DNA from: an uncultured Gammaproteobacteria bacterium
GTDB taxonomy: Bacteria > Patescibacteriota > Microgenomatia > Levybacterales > UBA12049
Length of the DNA: 64,000 bases
Direction: 5' to 3'
Assembly (NCBI GenBank): GCA_964571255.1
Contig: CAZNAA010000001.1
Coordinates: 136,134-200,133, forward strand
How positions within the stretch are numbered: the stretch's first letter is position 1; each line of letters opens with the position of its first letter. This document shows positions 46,806 through 57,900 of the stretch, piece after piece. A program made the translations under genes and the position numbers. The notes beneath the pieces were generated by a model. That model saw only the letters and a program-made list of their open reading frames with translations. It was not told the DNA's origin and made no database searches.

Positions 46806-47669
46806 ATGTTAATAGAAACAATGATTTCACTTCCTTTTTTGAGAAAAGATAAACAAATAATAACAGCTCAACTTATGGCTGGACTCTTTCCGGTATATAG
46901 AGATTTTGAGAAACTAGAAAAAATCTCTAGTGACAATAAGGAAGCTAGAGAAAGAGTGCGTCAATCTCTTGATAAATTTGCTGAGAGAGTTAACCCTGCA
47001 AGAGTAAGTGAATTAGTTCATAGGCACAAGACAAAAGAAGGAAAAATAGAAGAGGCAAACTTCTCTATTCAACCGTTTGCAGGAACTGGAACTATTTATC
47101 CATCAAGGGAGATAAATAAAAAGAGTACTAATACTCAAACACAATTTTCTGATGGAGATTATGGTTTCTTCTTAGGTGTAAAGAAAAATCCTGATACCCG
47201 TTGGCTTGCGATGTTAAGTTTTTACTCACGAGAGGATGCTTTTACTGATTATGATGAGAACACGAATATATTTGGAGATCTGCCTATATCTGTTGATGCA
47301 CTCACAGTTGTTCAACTTCAAGGAGTAGAAAGGAAAAGTTCTGATGGGTTTGAAACTACTTTATTAAGGCAATTTCAATGGGGTCATGTCATGCTCACTC
47401 TTTTTTTACAGTGGGCTCAAGCTGTAAGAGTAAGTGCTGTGGATTTAGTTCCTGCTGAATACAACTCTTGGATAGATACTACCAGTCAAGAGAAGCAACT
47501 GCGTTTTGAAAAAAGATATGATAAACCAGCACAGAATATGGGATTTAGAAGAGTAAAAAATGAGAGAGGTGAATTAACAGGACTTTATACGCTTCCTCTC
47601 TCCTACCCTTCTTTCAGAGTTGGAAAATCTGGTAAGATAAATACCAATGGAGCTAGCCAAACTTATTGA
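46806..47669 (+). CDS. Hypothetical protein
   Basis: Intact 287-aa ORF with its own promoter; no family recognised. Confidence 0.65.
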   Translation: MLIETMISLPFLRKDKQIITAQLMAGLFPVYRDFEKLEKISSDNKEARERVRQSLDKFAERVNPARVSELVHRHKTKEGKIEEANFSIQPFAGTGTIYPSREINKKSTNTQTQFSDGDYGFFLGVKKNPDTRWLAMLSFYSREDAFTDYDENTNIFGDLPISVDALTVVQLQGVERKSSDGFETTLLRQFQWGHVMLTLFLQWAQAVRVSAVDLVPAEYNSWIDTTSQEKQLRFEKRYDKPAQNMGFRRVKNERGELTGLYTLPLSYPSFRVGKSGKINTNGASQTY

Positions 47670-48582
47670 CCAGTATCTTGAATATCTAAGTATTGAGCGC
47701 AATGTCTCAAAACTTACGATTAGAGACTATAAACAATATCTTCGAGTCTTTTATAACTGGTTTTTGGTTCATATGGACGGAAAAACGGTAGCAGATCTCA
47801 ACCTCTCTGTTATTCGAAAATACCGAGTCTTTCTCTCTCAAAAGACTGATGAGCGAGGTAAGCCTCTTCAGAAAGTAACTCAAAATTACTACGTAATCTG
47901 TCTTCGTTCTTTTCTTAAGTATTTACTCAAAAATGATATTGCAACGCTTGAGCCAACTAAAATTGAACTTCCTCGTACTGAGAGTCGAAGTTTGAAGTTT
48001 TTGGAACGAGGTCAGATTGAGCAGTTAACCCATGCTGTGGATATAGCGTGTGAAGAAGGACTAAGAGACCGAGCTATTTTAGAGCTTCTCTTCTCAACAG
48101 GGCTTCGGGTTTCAGAACTAGTGAAGCTAAATCATCATCAAATTAACTTTGACAGGCGTGAGTTTGGAGTGATTGGTAAAGGAGGAAAAGGGCGAATCGT
48201 TTTTATCTCAGATGATGCAGCCACCTGGGTACAAAAATATTTAGCTGAGAGAAAGGATGCATATAAACCTCTATTTATTCGCTACTCTCGGGACATTAAT
48301 GAAGAAGATGGGGGTGAGAAGATGCGTTTAACTGCACGAAGCGTTGAGCGCATTGTAAAAAAGTATGTCCAGAAATCACGTCTTCCAGTGGATGCGACTG
48401 TTCATACGCTTCGTCACTCATTTGCAACAGACTTACTCACGAATGGAGCCGACTTGCGCTCTGTTCAGGAGATGTTGGGCCATAAAAATATTGCCACGAC
48501 TCAAATCTATACCCATATTACGAATAAGCAACTTCGAGAAGTACATAAGAGCTTTCATAGTGGAAATAAGGACAAAGAGTAA
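47647..48582 (+). CDS. Tyrosine recombinase, XerC/XerD family
   Basis: RDRAILELLFSTGLRVSEL, GKGGKGR, HTLRHSFAT, LGH, TTQIYT. Confidence 0.94.
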   Translation: MELAKLIDQYLEYLSIERNVSKLTIRDYKQYLRVFYNWFLVHMDGKTVADLNLSVIRKYRVFLSQKTDERGKPLQKVTQNYYVICLRSFLKYLLKNDIATLEPTKIELPRTESRSLKFLERGQIEQLTHAVDIACEEGLRDRAILELLFSTGLRVSELVKLNHHQINFDRREFGVIGKGGKGRIVFISDDAATWVQKYLAERKDAYKPLFIRYSRDINEEDGGEKMRLTARSVERIVKKYVQKSRLPVDATVHTLRHSFATDLLTNGADLRSVQEMLGHKNIATTQIYTHITNKQLREVHKSFHSGNKDKE

Positions 48583-48584
48583 GC

Positions 48585-49373
48585 TTAGCGAATTTCGTAA
48601 ATTAGAGAAACATTTACTTTAATCGTAGATTCTCCAGGATTTAAATCAGTTCGAGCTGGCTCCCCATTTCCCATTGTTGATTTCGCCTCGTATTGAAAGT
48701 TATCTTGTGCCCCAACTGGATATTCATAGATGTTAATAACTTTTCCTAATTTTAATCCAGCTGCTTTAGCGATTCGTTGTGCCTTCTCTTTGGCTTTATT
48801 AATCGCGTCGTTTCGAGCTTTATCTGTGAGTTTTTCTCTTGTTTCATCAGAAATAACAAATTGAACTCCTCCAATTTGGTTAATCCCAAGCTTTGTTGCA
48901 CTATCAATTGCTTTGTTTGCTTTTTCAATCGTATCTGCTGTTACATCAAGCGTGATATTAGCTGTGTAGCCAGAAATTCCATTTTCTGGGGTAGAGGAAG
49001 AATCCATGGCTATAGGAAAAAGTGTTGGACGAATAATATCTTGTGTATATTCAGGATAGATATTGTATGAGGATGTTTTAATTCTTTTTTCCTCAATCCC
49101 AAGCTTTTTAAGTTCTTCAGTTAGTCTGTTACTCACTGTATTTGTTTGATTTCTTACTTCTTCAACTGTTTTTCCTTTAGCAGTTATTCCTAAAGAAATT
49201 CGTGCTTCTTCAGGAACACCTTGGGATTCCCCTACTCCATCAGCAGTAAAGACATCATTTTTTGCAACACTGGTTACGGTAAATGGAATTGGACCAAATA
49301 ATTTAGAGATAATAAAGAAAAGAAGAATACCTGAGGCAATAAGAATAAGGGGTTTTTTTAACTCTTCAATCAC
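48585..49373 (-). CDS. SIMPL (DUF541) domain protein
   Basis: GVGESQGVPEEARISLGI, IKTSSYNIYPEY, AINKAKEKAQRIA..LGKVINI. Confidence 0.88.
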   Translation of the reverse strand: MIEELKKPLILIASGILLFFIISKLFGPIPFTVTSVAKNDVFTADGVGESQGVPEEARISLGITAKGKTVEEVRNQTNTVSNRLTEELKKLGIEEKRIKTSSYNIYPEYTQDIIRPTLFPIAMDSSSTPENGISGYTANITLDVTADTIEKANKAIDSATKLGINQIGGVQFVISDETREKLTDKARNDAINKAKEKAQRIAKAAGLKLGKVINIYEYPVGAQDNFQYEAKSTMGNGEPARTDLNPGESTIKVNVSLIYEIR

Positions 49374-49470
49374 TTCTTATTTGTATCAATTTTAGCCTTT
49401 CTCGTCAATACACCTTTTCTGTTTCCCATCGTAATGTGGATACTCTTTTCGAGGATATAATTCTCCTATA

Positions 49471-50292
49471 CTATTCATTTTTACTTGCTTCAACAAGATT
49501 TGACAAAAGACAGGCTACATTTACCGGTCCGACTCCTCCAGGAGTTGGAGTATAGTAAGCAGCTTTTTCTTTTATTTCCTCTACTTCATAATCTCCTTTT
49601 AATCCCTCTTCTTCTGTATGGATTCCAACTCCAAGTAAAATAACTCCCTGTTTAATCGAGTCAGCAGTTACTATTTGTCTTTTCCCAACACAGGACAGGA
49701 GAATGTCTGCTTCTCGCATAAGATCTTGTGGGTTTGGGGTATCATGATGAATTACATTAACGGATACTCCCTGCTCTCGTAGAAAGGTAATGATTGGTTC
49801 TCCTGCAGTTTTACCCTCCCCTATTACAACAACCTGTTGAGATCTAATCCACTCCAGAGTTTCTTCTGGATGAATTACTTCCAAAATAAATAAAATAGCT
49901 TGGGCAATAGGAACTGCAAAGGGAGAATCTTTTTTAAATCCATCAATATCTTTTTTTGTAACTACCGCTTGAGTTAGGGTTTGTTCTGGTAAATGAGGTG
50001 GAAGTGGGAGTTGGATGATAATCCCATGAACTGTCGGATCGTTATTTAACTCTTCGATTTTTCTGAGTAACAGCCTATCTGAAACGGTATCATCATAGGG
50101 AAGAATGGTAAGTTTTGCTCCAATATACTCAGCCCATTTCTTTTTCTGGCGAATATAAGAAAGTGAGGAGGGATTCTCTCCTATTAAAAGAACAACCATA
50201 TGTGGAATTACTTTTTGGAGTGCAAGATGTGCTACCTCTTGTTGTAATTGATCATAAATTGCTTGAGCAATCTCTCTTCCGTTTATTTCCAT
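49471..50292 (-). CDS. folD: Methylenetetrahydrofolate dehydrogenase/cyclohydrolase
   Basis: INGREIA, YIRQK, HGIIIQLPLP, KDIDG, TPTPGGVGP. Confidence 0.93.
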   Translation of the reverse strand: MEINGREIAQAIYDQLQQEVAHLALQKVIPHMVVLLIGENPSSLSYIRQKKKWAEYIGAKLTILPYDDTVSDRLLLRKIEELNNDPTVHGIIIQLPLPPHLPEQTLTQAVVTKKDIDGFKKDSPFAVPIAQAILFILEVIHPEETLEWIRSQQVVVIGEGKTAGEPIITFLREQGVSVNVIHHDTPNPQDLMREADILLSCVGKRQIVTADSIKQGVILLGVGIHTEEEGLKGDYEVEEIKEKAAYYTPTPGGVGPVNVACLLSNLVEASKNE

Positions 50293-50374
50293 CTTTTCAT
50301 TATACCAAAATCCTATAATTATTTTGTTAGGAGTATGTAATCAATATTTTTCTCTGCTATGGTAGTATCAAAAT

Positions 50375-52195
50375 ATGAAAGAATATTTTTCACTTGAGTC
50401 AATAAAAAAGATAAAAACGTGCGTTATTGTTTCTTTCCGCTTGTTGAAAATTGCTTGGAAAGTGGATCCTAAAACGGTTACGGTGTATTTTCTTACTTCT
50501 TTGGTTCCAGCAGTTATTCCTTTTTTAAACGCCTACATTTTCAAACTTGTTATTGATGCAGTTGTTGCAGCTATTTCTGGACAGCCGATTGAAATGACAA
50601 CACTGTATATTCTGATTGGAAGTGGTATGTCTCTTCAATTTGTCCAAGACGTAGTGTATCGAGTTCAAAGTTATAACGAAATTGTTTTGTACACCAAACT
50701 ACCTATTCATCTCAATCAGCTTGTCTTGTCAAAAATCATTTCACTTGATCCAGCCTATTTTGAAGATAGTGATTTCAAAAACACCCTTGAAAAGGTAAGA
50801 GATACTATGAATCATCGGCCTCAAAACTTACTCACAGAATTATTGTATATTTCTCAAAATATTATTCAAGTGGGTATTGGACTAGTTGCCATTTGGCAGT
50901 TAAATAGTTTCCTTATTTTTTTTATCTTGTTTGTTGTTTTGCCTGAGTTTTATTTAAGTATTTCTCAATCACATATTTCTTGGGGTATTTGGTCTGCCAA
51001 TAGTCAAACAAGAAAGAGGTTTTGGTATTTGAGCGGTTTACTACAAGATCAGCAACAAATTAAAGAAATTAAGTTATATTCTCTAGGAAAAAGATTTCTT
51101 AAGGAGATAAAAGAAGTTCAAGAGGCCTTTTTCTATGAAAATCTAAAGGCTGCTAAGAAAACGCATTTGATTGGAGTTATCTATAATCTATTCTCAACTA
51201 TTATCTATGTAGGAGTCCAAGTGTATGTGCTGCTTCTTGTTCTTAGTAGAAAAGCAACGGTTGGAGATATCCAGTTTTACCAAAGTGTTGTGAATCAATT
51301 TTCAGGAGGCATGCGAGGTATGCTTCGAGGAGTAACGAGTATTTTTGAACATGCTTTGTATGTGCAAAGTATTTTTGAAGTATTGGATGCTCCTTCTCTT
51401 CTTCCGTATAAAACACCAGGAACTCTCGTAACAGGTTCAACTCCTCCTCTTATTGAACTTAGAGAAGTTACTTTTTCCTATCCTGGAAGTAAAAAACCAA
51501 TTTTGAAACACGTCTCTCTCAGTATTAACCCAGGAGACAAAATTGCATTTGTTGGAGAAAACGGAGCTGGGAAATCGACTATTATTCGTCTTCTAGCGAG
51601 ATTTTATGATGTAGACAGTGGAGAGATTTTGATTAATGGGGTAAATATCAAAGAAATAGATTTACAAAGTTGGTATGACAGATTAGGAGTTCTTTTTCAA
51701 GATTTTGCTCGGTATGAGCATACGGTGAAGGATAATATTTACTTTGGAAATATTACCAAATCCCCTACTCTTCCTCTTATTGAATTAGCTGCCAAAGAAG
51801 GAGGATCTCAAGAATTTGTTGAAGAACTTCCGAATACATATGAGCAAATGCTTGGACGGACATTTGAAGGAGGAGAAGAATTATCCACAGGCCAATGGCA
51901 AAAAATCGCCCTTTCTCGTGCTTTTTTTAGAAATGCACCTGTTTTAGTACTAGATGAACCAACTGCCTCAATTGATGCGAAAGCCGAAAGCGAGATATTC
52001 AAACGAGTCGATAAGCTAGCGAATGATAAAACCGTTATTATTATTTCCCACCGCTTCTCAACAGTAAGGCATGCAGATCAAATTTATGTACTGCACAATG
52101 GCGCAATTCAGGAACAAGGCAATCATCAAGAGTTGATGAAGCTTGAGGGACGATATGCCAAATTATTTACACTTCAAGCTAAAGGATATCAATAA
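50375..52195 (+). CDS. ABC transporter, fused permease/ATPase
   Basis: Six TMs, GENGAGKST, LSTGQWQK, LDEPT, SHR. Confidence 0.93.
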   Translation: MKEYFSLESIKKIKTCVIVSFRLLKIAWKVDPKTVTVYFLTSLVPAVIPFLNAYIFKLVIDAVVAAISGQPIEMTTLYILIGSGMSLQFVQDVVYRVQSYNEIVLYTKLPIHLNQLVLSKIISLDPAYFEDSDFKNTLEKVRDTMNHRPQNLLTELLYISQNIIQVGIGLVAIWQLNSFLIFFILFVVLPEFYLSISQSHISWGIWSANSQTRKRFWYLSGLLQDQQQIKEIKLYSLGKRFLKEIKEVQEAFFYENLKAAKKTHLIGVIYNLFSTIIYVGVQVYVLLLVLSRKATVGDIQFYQSVVNQFSGGMRGMLRGVTSIFEHALYVQSIFEVLDAPSLLPYKTPGTLVTGSTPPLIELREVTFSYPGSKKPILKHVSLSINPGDKIAFVGENGAGKSTIIRLLARFYDVDSGEILINGVNIKEIDLQSWYDRLGVLFQDFARYEHTVKDNIYFGNITKSPTLPLIELAAKEGGSQEFVEELPNTYEQMLGRTFEGGEELSTGQWQKIALSRAFFRNAPVLVLDEPTASIDAKAESEIFKRVDKLANDKTVIIISHRFSTVRHADQIYVLHNGAIQEQGNHQELMKLEGRYAKLFTLQAKGYQ

Positions 52196-52243
52196 CACCC
52201 ATTGACTAGCAGAAAAGAATTGAACTACGATAAATAGGTAACT

Positions 52244-53089
52244 ATGCAACTAAATCGTCGTGCGTTTGTCATTATTCTTATAGTCTTACTCTTTGTTTCC
52301 TTCCCTCTGTTACTCTTTGTTCTCAGACAAAATCAAGATGTCAGACAGCGGGCTGATACGTCTACTTTGGCTGCTTCTTTTGGAGATCAGGTAGTTACTA
52401 AAGGAGAGCTAGAAGACTATGTTAGACAAGCTATCCCTCTCCAAGCTGATGAAGTTCTCTCTAGTCCTGATGGAAGAAAATATTTTTTGAATTTACTGCT
52501 TGAGAAGAAATTGGTAGAGAGTGAGGCCCAAAAGAAAAATATAACGGTAACAAGTAGTACTCTTTCCGAGGAAAAAGAAGAGCTATCTACGAAAAAAATG
52601 TTTAGTAACGAAAAAATTCAAAGCTTACTATCCAACCAGACAGCTCTTTCTGAGTATGTTCTCAAAAAACAAGTGATGGAAGATGTAGAGGCTTGGAAAG
52701 AAGTAGACATGGTTTCCGTTTATATTAGTCCAGAAGTAAAAGAGTTTGAAGCCAATAAAAGACAAGCACAAACTATTCTTGAAGAGATGAGAAATCTCGT
52801 TTCCTCAAGTGTTACTCTTTCTCAAGCCTTTGAAAGACTCAAATCCAAATATGCTCGTCAAATCTCGCAGATGAGACTTCAGGAAGGAATAAGAGTGACA
52901 AAAGGAAATACCATGGATGCTCAGTTAAAAGCTCCGCTTTTTCAAGTAAAAAAAGGAGAAGTCTCCCCGGTTATTATCTCAACTGGAGGAGCAATGATGA
53001 TTGTGAAAGTGCTTGATGAGAATGTTACGTCTTTTGATTCATATGACAGTTGGCTTACTCAGCAAATGAAAGGAGTCACATACTACTAA
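52244..53089 (+). CDS. SurA/PrsA-like membrane-anchored protein
   Basis: TM plus QNQDVRQRA; LLEKKLVESEAQKKNITV; LFQVKKGEVSPVI (degenerate parvulin). Confidence 0.6.
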   Translation: MQLNRRAFVIILIVLLFVSFPLLLFVLRQNQDVRQRADTSTLAASFGDQVVTKGELEDYVRQAIPLQADEVLSSPDGRKYFLNLLLEKKLVESEAQKKNITVTSSTLSEEKEELSTKKMFSNEKIQSLLSNQTALSEYVLKKQVMEDVEAWKEVDMVSVYISPEVKEFEANKRQAQTILEEMRNLVSSSVTLSQAFERLKSKYARQISQMRLQEGIRVTKGNTMDAQLKAPLFQVKKGEVSPVIISTGGAMMIVKVLDENVTSFDSYDSWLTQQMKGVTYY

Positions 53090-54048
53090 TGGAGCGATTG
53101 TTTGTTAAATCATTCTTACTTCTTTGTCTGTTCTTTATTGGATCATATATTTATGCTTATTCTACTCCGCAATATTTTTCAAAAGCTTGTGCAGCACAAT
53201 TTAACTGTGCTGGAGCGCCTGCTTGTCCTAATCCTAACTATGGTGGTCAATATGGCTCTGCTTGTATCGACTCAGTAAACTTAAGTGGAAAGATTCGAGT
53301 TCGTGGGTTAGGAAGTGCTGGAGAGGTATCTGTTGCAGCTAATGTGCGGGGATTTGAATTAGATAATAACTATCAATGTAGTGACGTTATTTGTTTGCTG
53401 AGAGAAGCTCAATCCAGTGCCATACCAGTCTATCCAGGCAACTTTTCAGGAAATCAAGCGAATGGAGTTACATTTGATTCAAGTGATGGATCCTACCTTG
53501 TTCCTTGGACAGTAAATACCATAGGTTGTTCGGGAGATCCAAATTGTAACGACTGGTTCTCTTTAACTGCAGTTGTCAAAAATCAAGGGAACTATACGTG
53601 TACTCGGGCAGATGATCAGACATTGATTCTTAAAGGCTTAAATGGGCAAAGTCCACCTCTTGGTGAAGTAAGTGTCAATTGTGTCCCTAAAAACGTTCCA
53701 ACTCCTGTTTGTGTTACTTATTGTGAAGGATCTCAAAAATGCGATGCTACTCACTACAAAACTATTGAGAAGTGTTCCACTGAAGGAAACCCAGCTGATC
53801 CTAATGTTCCAGGAACATTTAGAGAACTTCCTTGTGGAACTCAAGCTCAATATCATGATGGACTAACTAATACGTGCCAAGCTCTCCCAACACCTTCTCC
53901 TACCAAGACGCCAACGCCTTCGCCAACAAAAACACCAACCCCCACCCCTACGAAAACACCAACTCCAACTCCAACTCCATCGCCATCAGCGTGTCCTGTA
54001 CCGTCAGTTGTACCAAATGTCAGAATAGATTGTCCAACGTGTCAATAG
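53089..54048 (+). CDS. Cys-rich exported protein with Pro/Thr linker
   Basis: Signal/TM segment, many Cys, a (PT)n tract and C-terminal CPVP..CPTC. Confidence 0.75.
   Translation: MERLFVKSFLLLCLFFIGSYIYAYSTPQYFSKACAAQFNCAGAPACPNPNYGGQYGSACIDSVNLSGKIRVRGLGSAGEVSVAANVRGFELDNNYQCSDVICLLREAQSSAIPVYPGNFSGNQANGVTFDSSDGSYLVPWTVNTIGCSGDPNCNDWFSLTAVVKNQGNYTCTRADDQTLILKGLNGQSPPLGEVSVNCVPKNVPTPVCVTYCEGSQKCDATHYKTIEKCSTEGNPADPNVPGTFRELPCGTQAQYHDGLTNTCQALPTPSPTKTPTPSPTKTPTPTPTKTPTPTPTPSPSACPVPSVVPNVRIDCPTCQ
53886..53988 (+). repeat. Coding PTPSPTKT-type repeat
   Basis: Repeated CCN-ACN codons with variable third positions. Confidence 0.8.
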
Positions 54049-54049
54049 T

Positions 54050-54898
54050 ATGTACTTACAAGTTAAATTACGATCATTAATAATTGGCCTATTTATCTTT
54101 GCTTTGCTGTTGTTAGGAGGATACTTGCTTATTACACAAACGCAGCAGAATCAAGATGTCAGGCAGCGTGCTGCAGTTCCTGCGTGTTCTACTGTTCAAG
54201 CTGTATGTAAATGGGATAGTGTGCCAGGTGCTGCTTCATACATTGTTAAAGTAACCGATATTTCAACTAACCAGACAGTGGTGACGCAAAGTGTTACTAC
54301 AACTTCTATTCCTTTTAATTTTGTCGTTGGGAGAGCCTATCGATGTGAAGTGAGTGCTGTGAATACTTGTGGGACAGGCTCACAAGCTCAAGGTGTGAGT
54401 ACCTGTGAAGCAAATGTTACACCAACGCCTACACCTTCGCCAACTGCTACTCCAACACCTACTATCACTCCAACTATTACAGTTACTCCAACGGCTACGC
54501 CCACGGTTACTCCAACAAAAACACCAACCCCTTCCCCTACGAAAACCCCAACTCCAACAGCTACCCCTAGTCCTACAAATACACCTAGTCCAACTCCAAC
54601 AGCTACGCCTCGACCAACCAATACACCAACTCCAACTCCAACAGCTACACCTATTCCAACAAATACGCCCATCCCTACAGCAACACCAGTTCCACCAACG
54701 AATACTCCAACTCCTACGCAAACTATTATTGCTCAGGTTCCAACCAGCACACCTACTCCTGTTCCTTTGATTCCCACTCCAACACTTGCACCAATTGTAA
54801 CAATTGCTCCTACGGGAAACACCACACTTCCAACACTGTTGGGAGTTGGAGGAGTAGTTCTTGGTATTTTGGGCGCAGCAGTCTTTTTCCTCCTCTAA
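54050..54898 (+). CDS. Surface protein: FN3-like domain, Pro/Thr stalk, C-terminal PTG + TM
   Basis: TM plus QNQDVRQRA; [19 protein letters not shown]; (PT)n; APTG followed by a hydrophobic tail. Confidence 0.78.
   Translation: MYLQVKLRSLIIGLFIFALLLLGGYLLITQTQQNQDVRQRAAVPACSTVQAVCKWDSVPGAASYIVKVTDISTNQTVVTQSVTTTSIPFNFVVGRAYRCEVSAVNTCGTGSQAQGVSTCEANVTPTPTPSPTATPTPTITPTITVTPTATPTVTPTKTPTPSPTKTPTPTATPSPTNTPSPTPTATPRPTNTPTPTPTATPIPTNTPIPTATPVPPTNTPTPTQTIIAQVPTSTPTPVPLIPTPTLAPIVTIAPTGNTTLPTLLGVGGVVLGILGAAVFFLL
54416..54815 (+). repeat. Coding Pro/Thr low-complexity repeat
   Basis: About 130 codons of TP/PT repeats. Confidence 0.85.
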
Positions 54899-54997
54899 GC
54901 TAGGATAGTTTGTCTTCTGGATATATTTCCCTTTATATATAAGAAATACAGTTATACTGTTTTACGTGGAATGAAAGAGGAGCGAAGGAGAGAAAGC

Positions 54998-57900
54998 TTA
55001 TTCAGCGCCTTCTGTTTTTTCAAGACAGGTGGCTGCTGAGACTTTATCAGAGGTATCAGAAAATCTCATGAGAATAACCCCCTGCGTGTCACGTCCGAGG
55101 TGTGGAATGGTTTTGAGACTGAGTCGTACTACTTGCCCATTTTTAGAGGTAATAATGACTTCCTCAGCGTCTGGTGGCACAATTTGGCCTGCAACTACTC
55201 CTCCTGTCTTATCTGTTACTTTTGCTACCTTTACTCCAAGTCCTCCTCTTCCTTGCAGAGGAAATTGATTAACTGTCGTGATTTTTCCGAGTCCATTTTC
55301 CATAATGACAAAAAGAGATTGATTGGCATCATTTTTAATAAGATCCATTCCTACTACTCGATCAGTTGAGGATGTTTTGATTCCCCGTACTCCCATTGTT
55401 GCTCTTCCCATAGGGCGAACTTCTGCTTCGTTAAACTTAATCGCTTTGCCTTCTTTTGTAACTATGAGAACGTGGTTATCTCCGCTTGAGAGATGACTCC
55501 AGACAAGTTCGTCTTTCTCCTCAAGCTTAATAGCAATCATGCCGTTTTTTCGAATATTTTCAAATTCAGATAAAGCACTCTTTTTAACTGTTCCGTTTCT
55601 AGTTGTTAAGAAAATAAAGCCTTTCGCAGTTTTCTTATAGACAATAAATGACTCGACTTGCTCTCCTGCTTCAATATTTAAAAGATTAACCATTGCTGTT
55701 CCCTTAGCAACACGAGAACTTTCAGCGATTTCATACGCTTTGGTTTGATATGCTTTGCCTTTATTGGTGAAGAAAAGAATATTGTCATGAGTCTCTGCAT
55801 ATCTGATGTGTGAGATAGTATCTTCATCCTTCATCTTCATCCCTGATACTCCCTTGCCTCCTCTGTGTTGAACGTGGAATGAGTTAAGGCTTTGGCGCTT
55901 GATATATCCAGTTTCTGTCATACTAATAACCGTTGGTTCGTTTGGAATTAAGTCTTCCTCTGAGAATTCATCCACTTTATTTTTGAATACTTTTGTACGT
56001 CGAGGGTCTGCATACTTAGTCTTGATATGAAGAAGTTCATCTTTAATAACGCTTAAAATCTTTTCAGGATGTCCAAGTAAGTCTTCTAAATAGGCAATCG
56101 TTTCTTGAACGAGTTTTAACTCATCTTCAATTTTTTGTCTCTCAAGTGCAGCAAGACGACGGAGTTGCATGTCCAGAATAGCCACTGATTGAATCTCAGA
56201 AAGTTTAAATCTTTCCATCAAATTTTTCTTTGCTTCTTCTTGATCTTTTGATTCTCGAATAGTTTTAATTACTTCATCAATATGATCAACAGCAATTTTA
56301 AGTCCTTCTAAAATATGCAGTCGGGCTTTGGCTTGTCTTAGTTCAAATTCAGAACGGCGGCGAATTACGATATATCGGTGTTTAAGGTATTCTTCTAAGA
56401 TCAGTTTGAGATTAACTGTTTGTGGAGTTCCATCAACAAGTGCGACCATATTGACAGGAAAGCTGGTTTGGAGAGAGGTCAGCTTATATAGATTATTGAG
56501 TACCTTTTTTGGAACTGCGTCTCGTTTGAGTTCAACATATACCCGAAGTCCCCGTCTATCTGACTCGTCTCGTAAATCTGAAATTCCTTCAATCTTTTTC
56601 TCTTTTACTAAATCAGCAATTTTTGCAACCAAAAGGGCTTTATTCACTTGGTATGGAAGCTCAGTAATGATGATGGCTGATTTGCCCTGCCCTACTTCCT
56701 CAACTTCTGCTTTTCCACGAATCAGTACCTTTCCGCGCCCGGTGTAGTATGCCTGCTTAATTTCATTAATATCAAAAATAGTTCCAGCAGTTGGGAAATC
56801 TGGTCCCTGAACGTATACTAATAAGTCATCAATAGACACCTCATTGGTAACAGTTACATCTGACCCCTTCATACTTCCTCCATCAGACATCTCACTGGTG
56901 TGAGAAAGAGTTGATTTACTAATTAAATGGATAATTGCATCCACTACCTCAGTTAAATTGTGAGGAGGAATTTTGGTTGCCATACCAACAGCAATTCCTT
57001 CAGATCCCATGAGAAGAAGGTTAGGCAAACGAGCTGGGAGATATTGGGGTTCTTTTTCACTTCCATCAAAATTTGGATTAAAAGAAACTGTCTCTTTATC
57101 CAAATCAGCTAGCATCTCAGCTGTGATGGCTGCCATCTTTGCTTCGGTATTATGATTAATAAATCCATTTGCAACGAATGAATGGCAGCTACTATCAACC
57201 TTTATTGAGTAGACAGTCTTCTCATCCCCTTTTGTTATTGATTCTATTTTGTCAAAGATATAGTGATTTTTAAGAAGAGTGGTAAAAAGTTCAATAGTAT
57301 CAGGTTGGAGTTGAGAAAGAATAGATGATTCTATTGCTTGATGATGTTGAATCATACCTCCATAACGATCGAAATTGTGTTTATATACAAAGGACCTTAC
57401 GTTGTCGTAAGAAAGTGTTTTATCAAGAATTTGATAGATATAGTCTTTAAGGAAAGGGACAAAGTCAAAAAGACTTTGATCTTTCTGCATGGTACTAATG
57501 ACCTGTTTTAATGCTGTTATTTTTCTTTGTGAAATAAATCCAATAGTTTCACTGAACAGGATATAATTTTTTCTTCCTCTCAGATATAGCTTATGTATAT
57601 TTCGATATTTATCAAAACGTTTGGTTGCTAAGATTCCAAAGCGTAACAGAAGAATTTGAATTTCATCAATCAATTCTTCACTCATGGAGACACATGAGAG
57701 CTCAATCATTTTTCGACTACTGCTTATTGACCCATCTCCTTCAAAGTAGGCTTTAAGAAATGTTGCTACAACAGGTTTTGGGGATTGTAAAATAAAAGGA
57801 GGAATTCTTCTTAGAGCAGATTTTTTTGATAAAAGACCAATATTTCTCAGAAATGCAATGACATATAACGAATGAATTTCAATACGATAATATGTCTTTT

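Noticed and set aside
47647-48582. Tyrosine recombinase as a prophage or island integrase
   Set aside because: It has Xer-type length and motifs, no phage or conjugation genes nearby, and a dif-like site close by.
54380-54770. Val/Gly-, Trp/Arg- and Gln/Leu-rich ORFs
   Set aside because: They are shadow frames of the Pro/Thr repeat.
53886-54815. Tandem repeats as a possible CRISPR array
   Set aside because: They are in-frame Pro/Thr codon repeats with variable third positions. There is no constant repeat with unique spacers and no cas gene.
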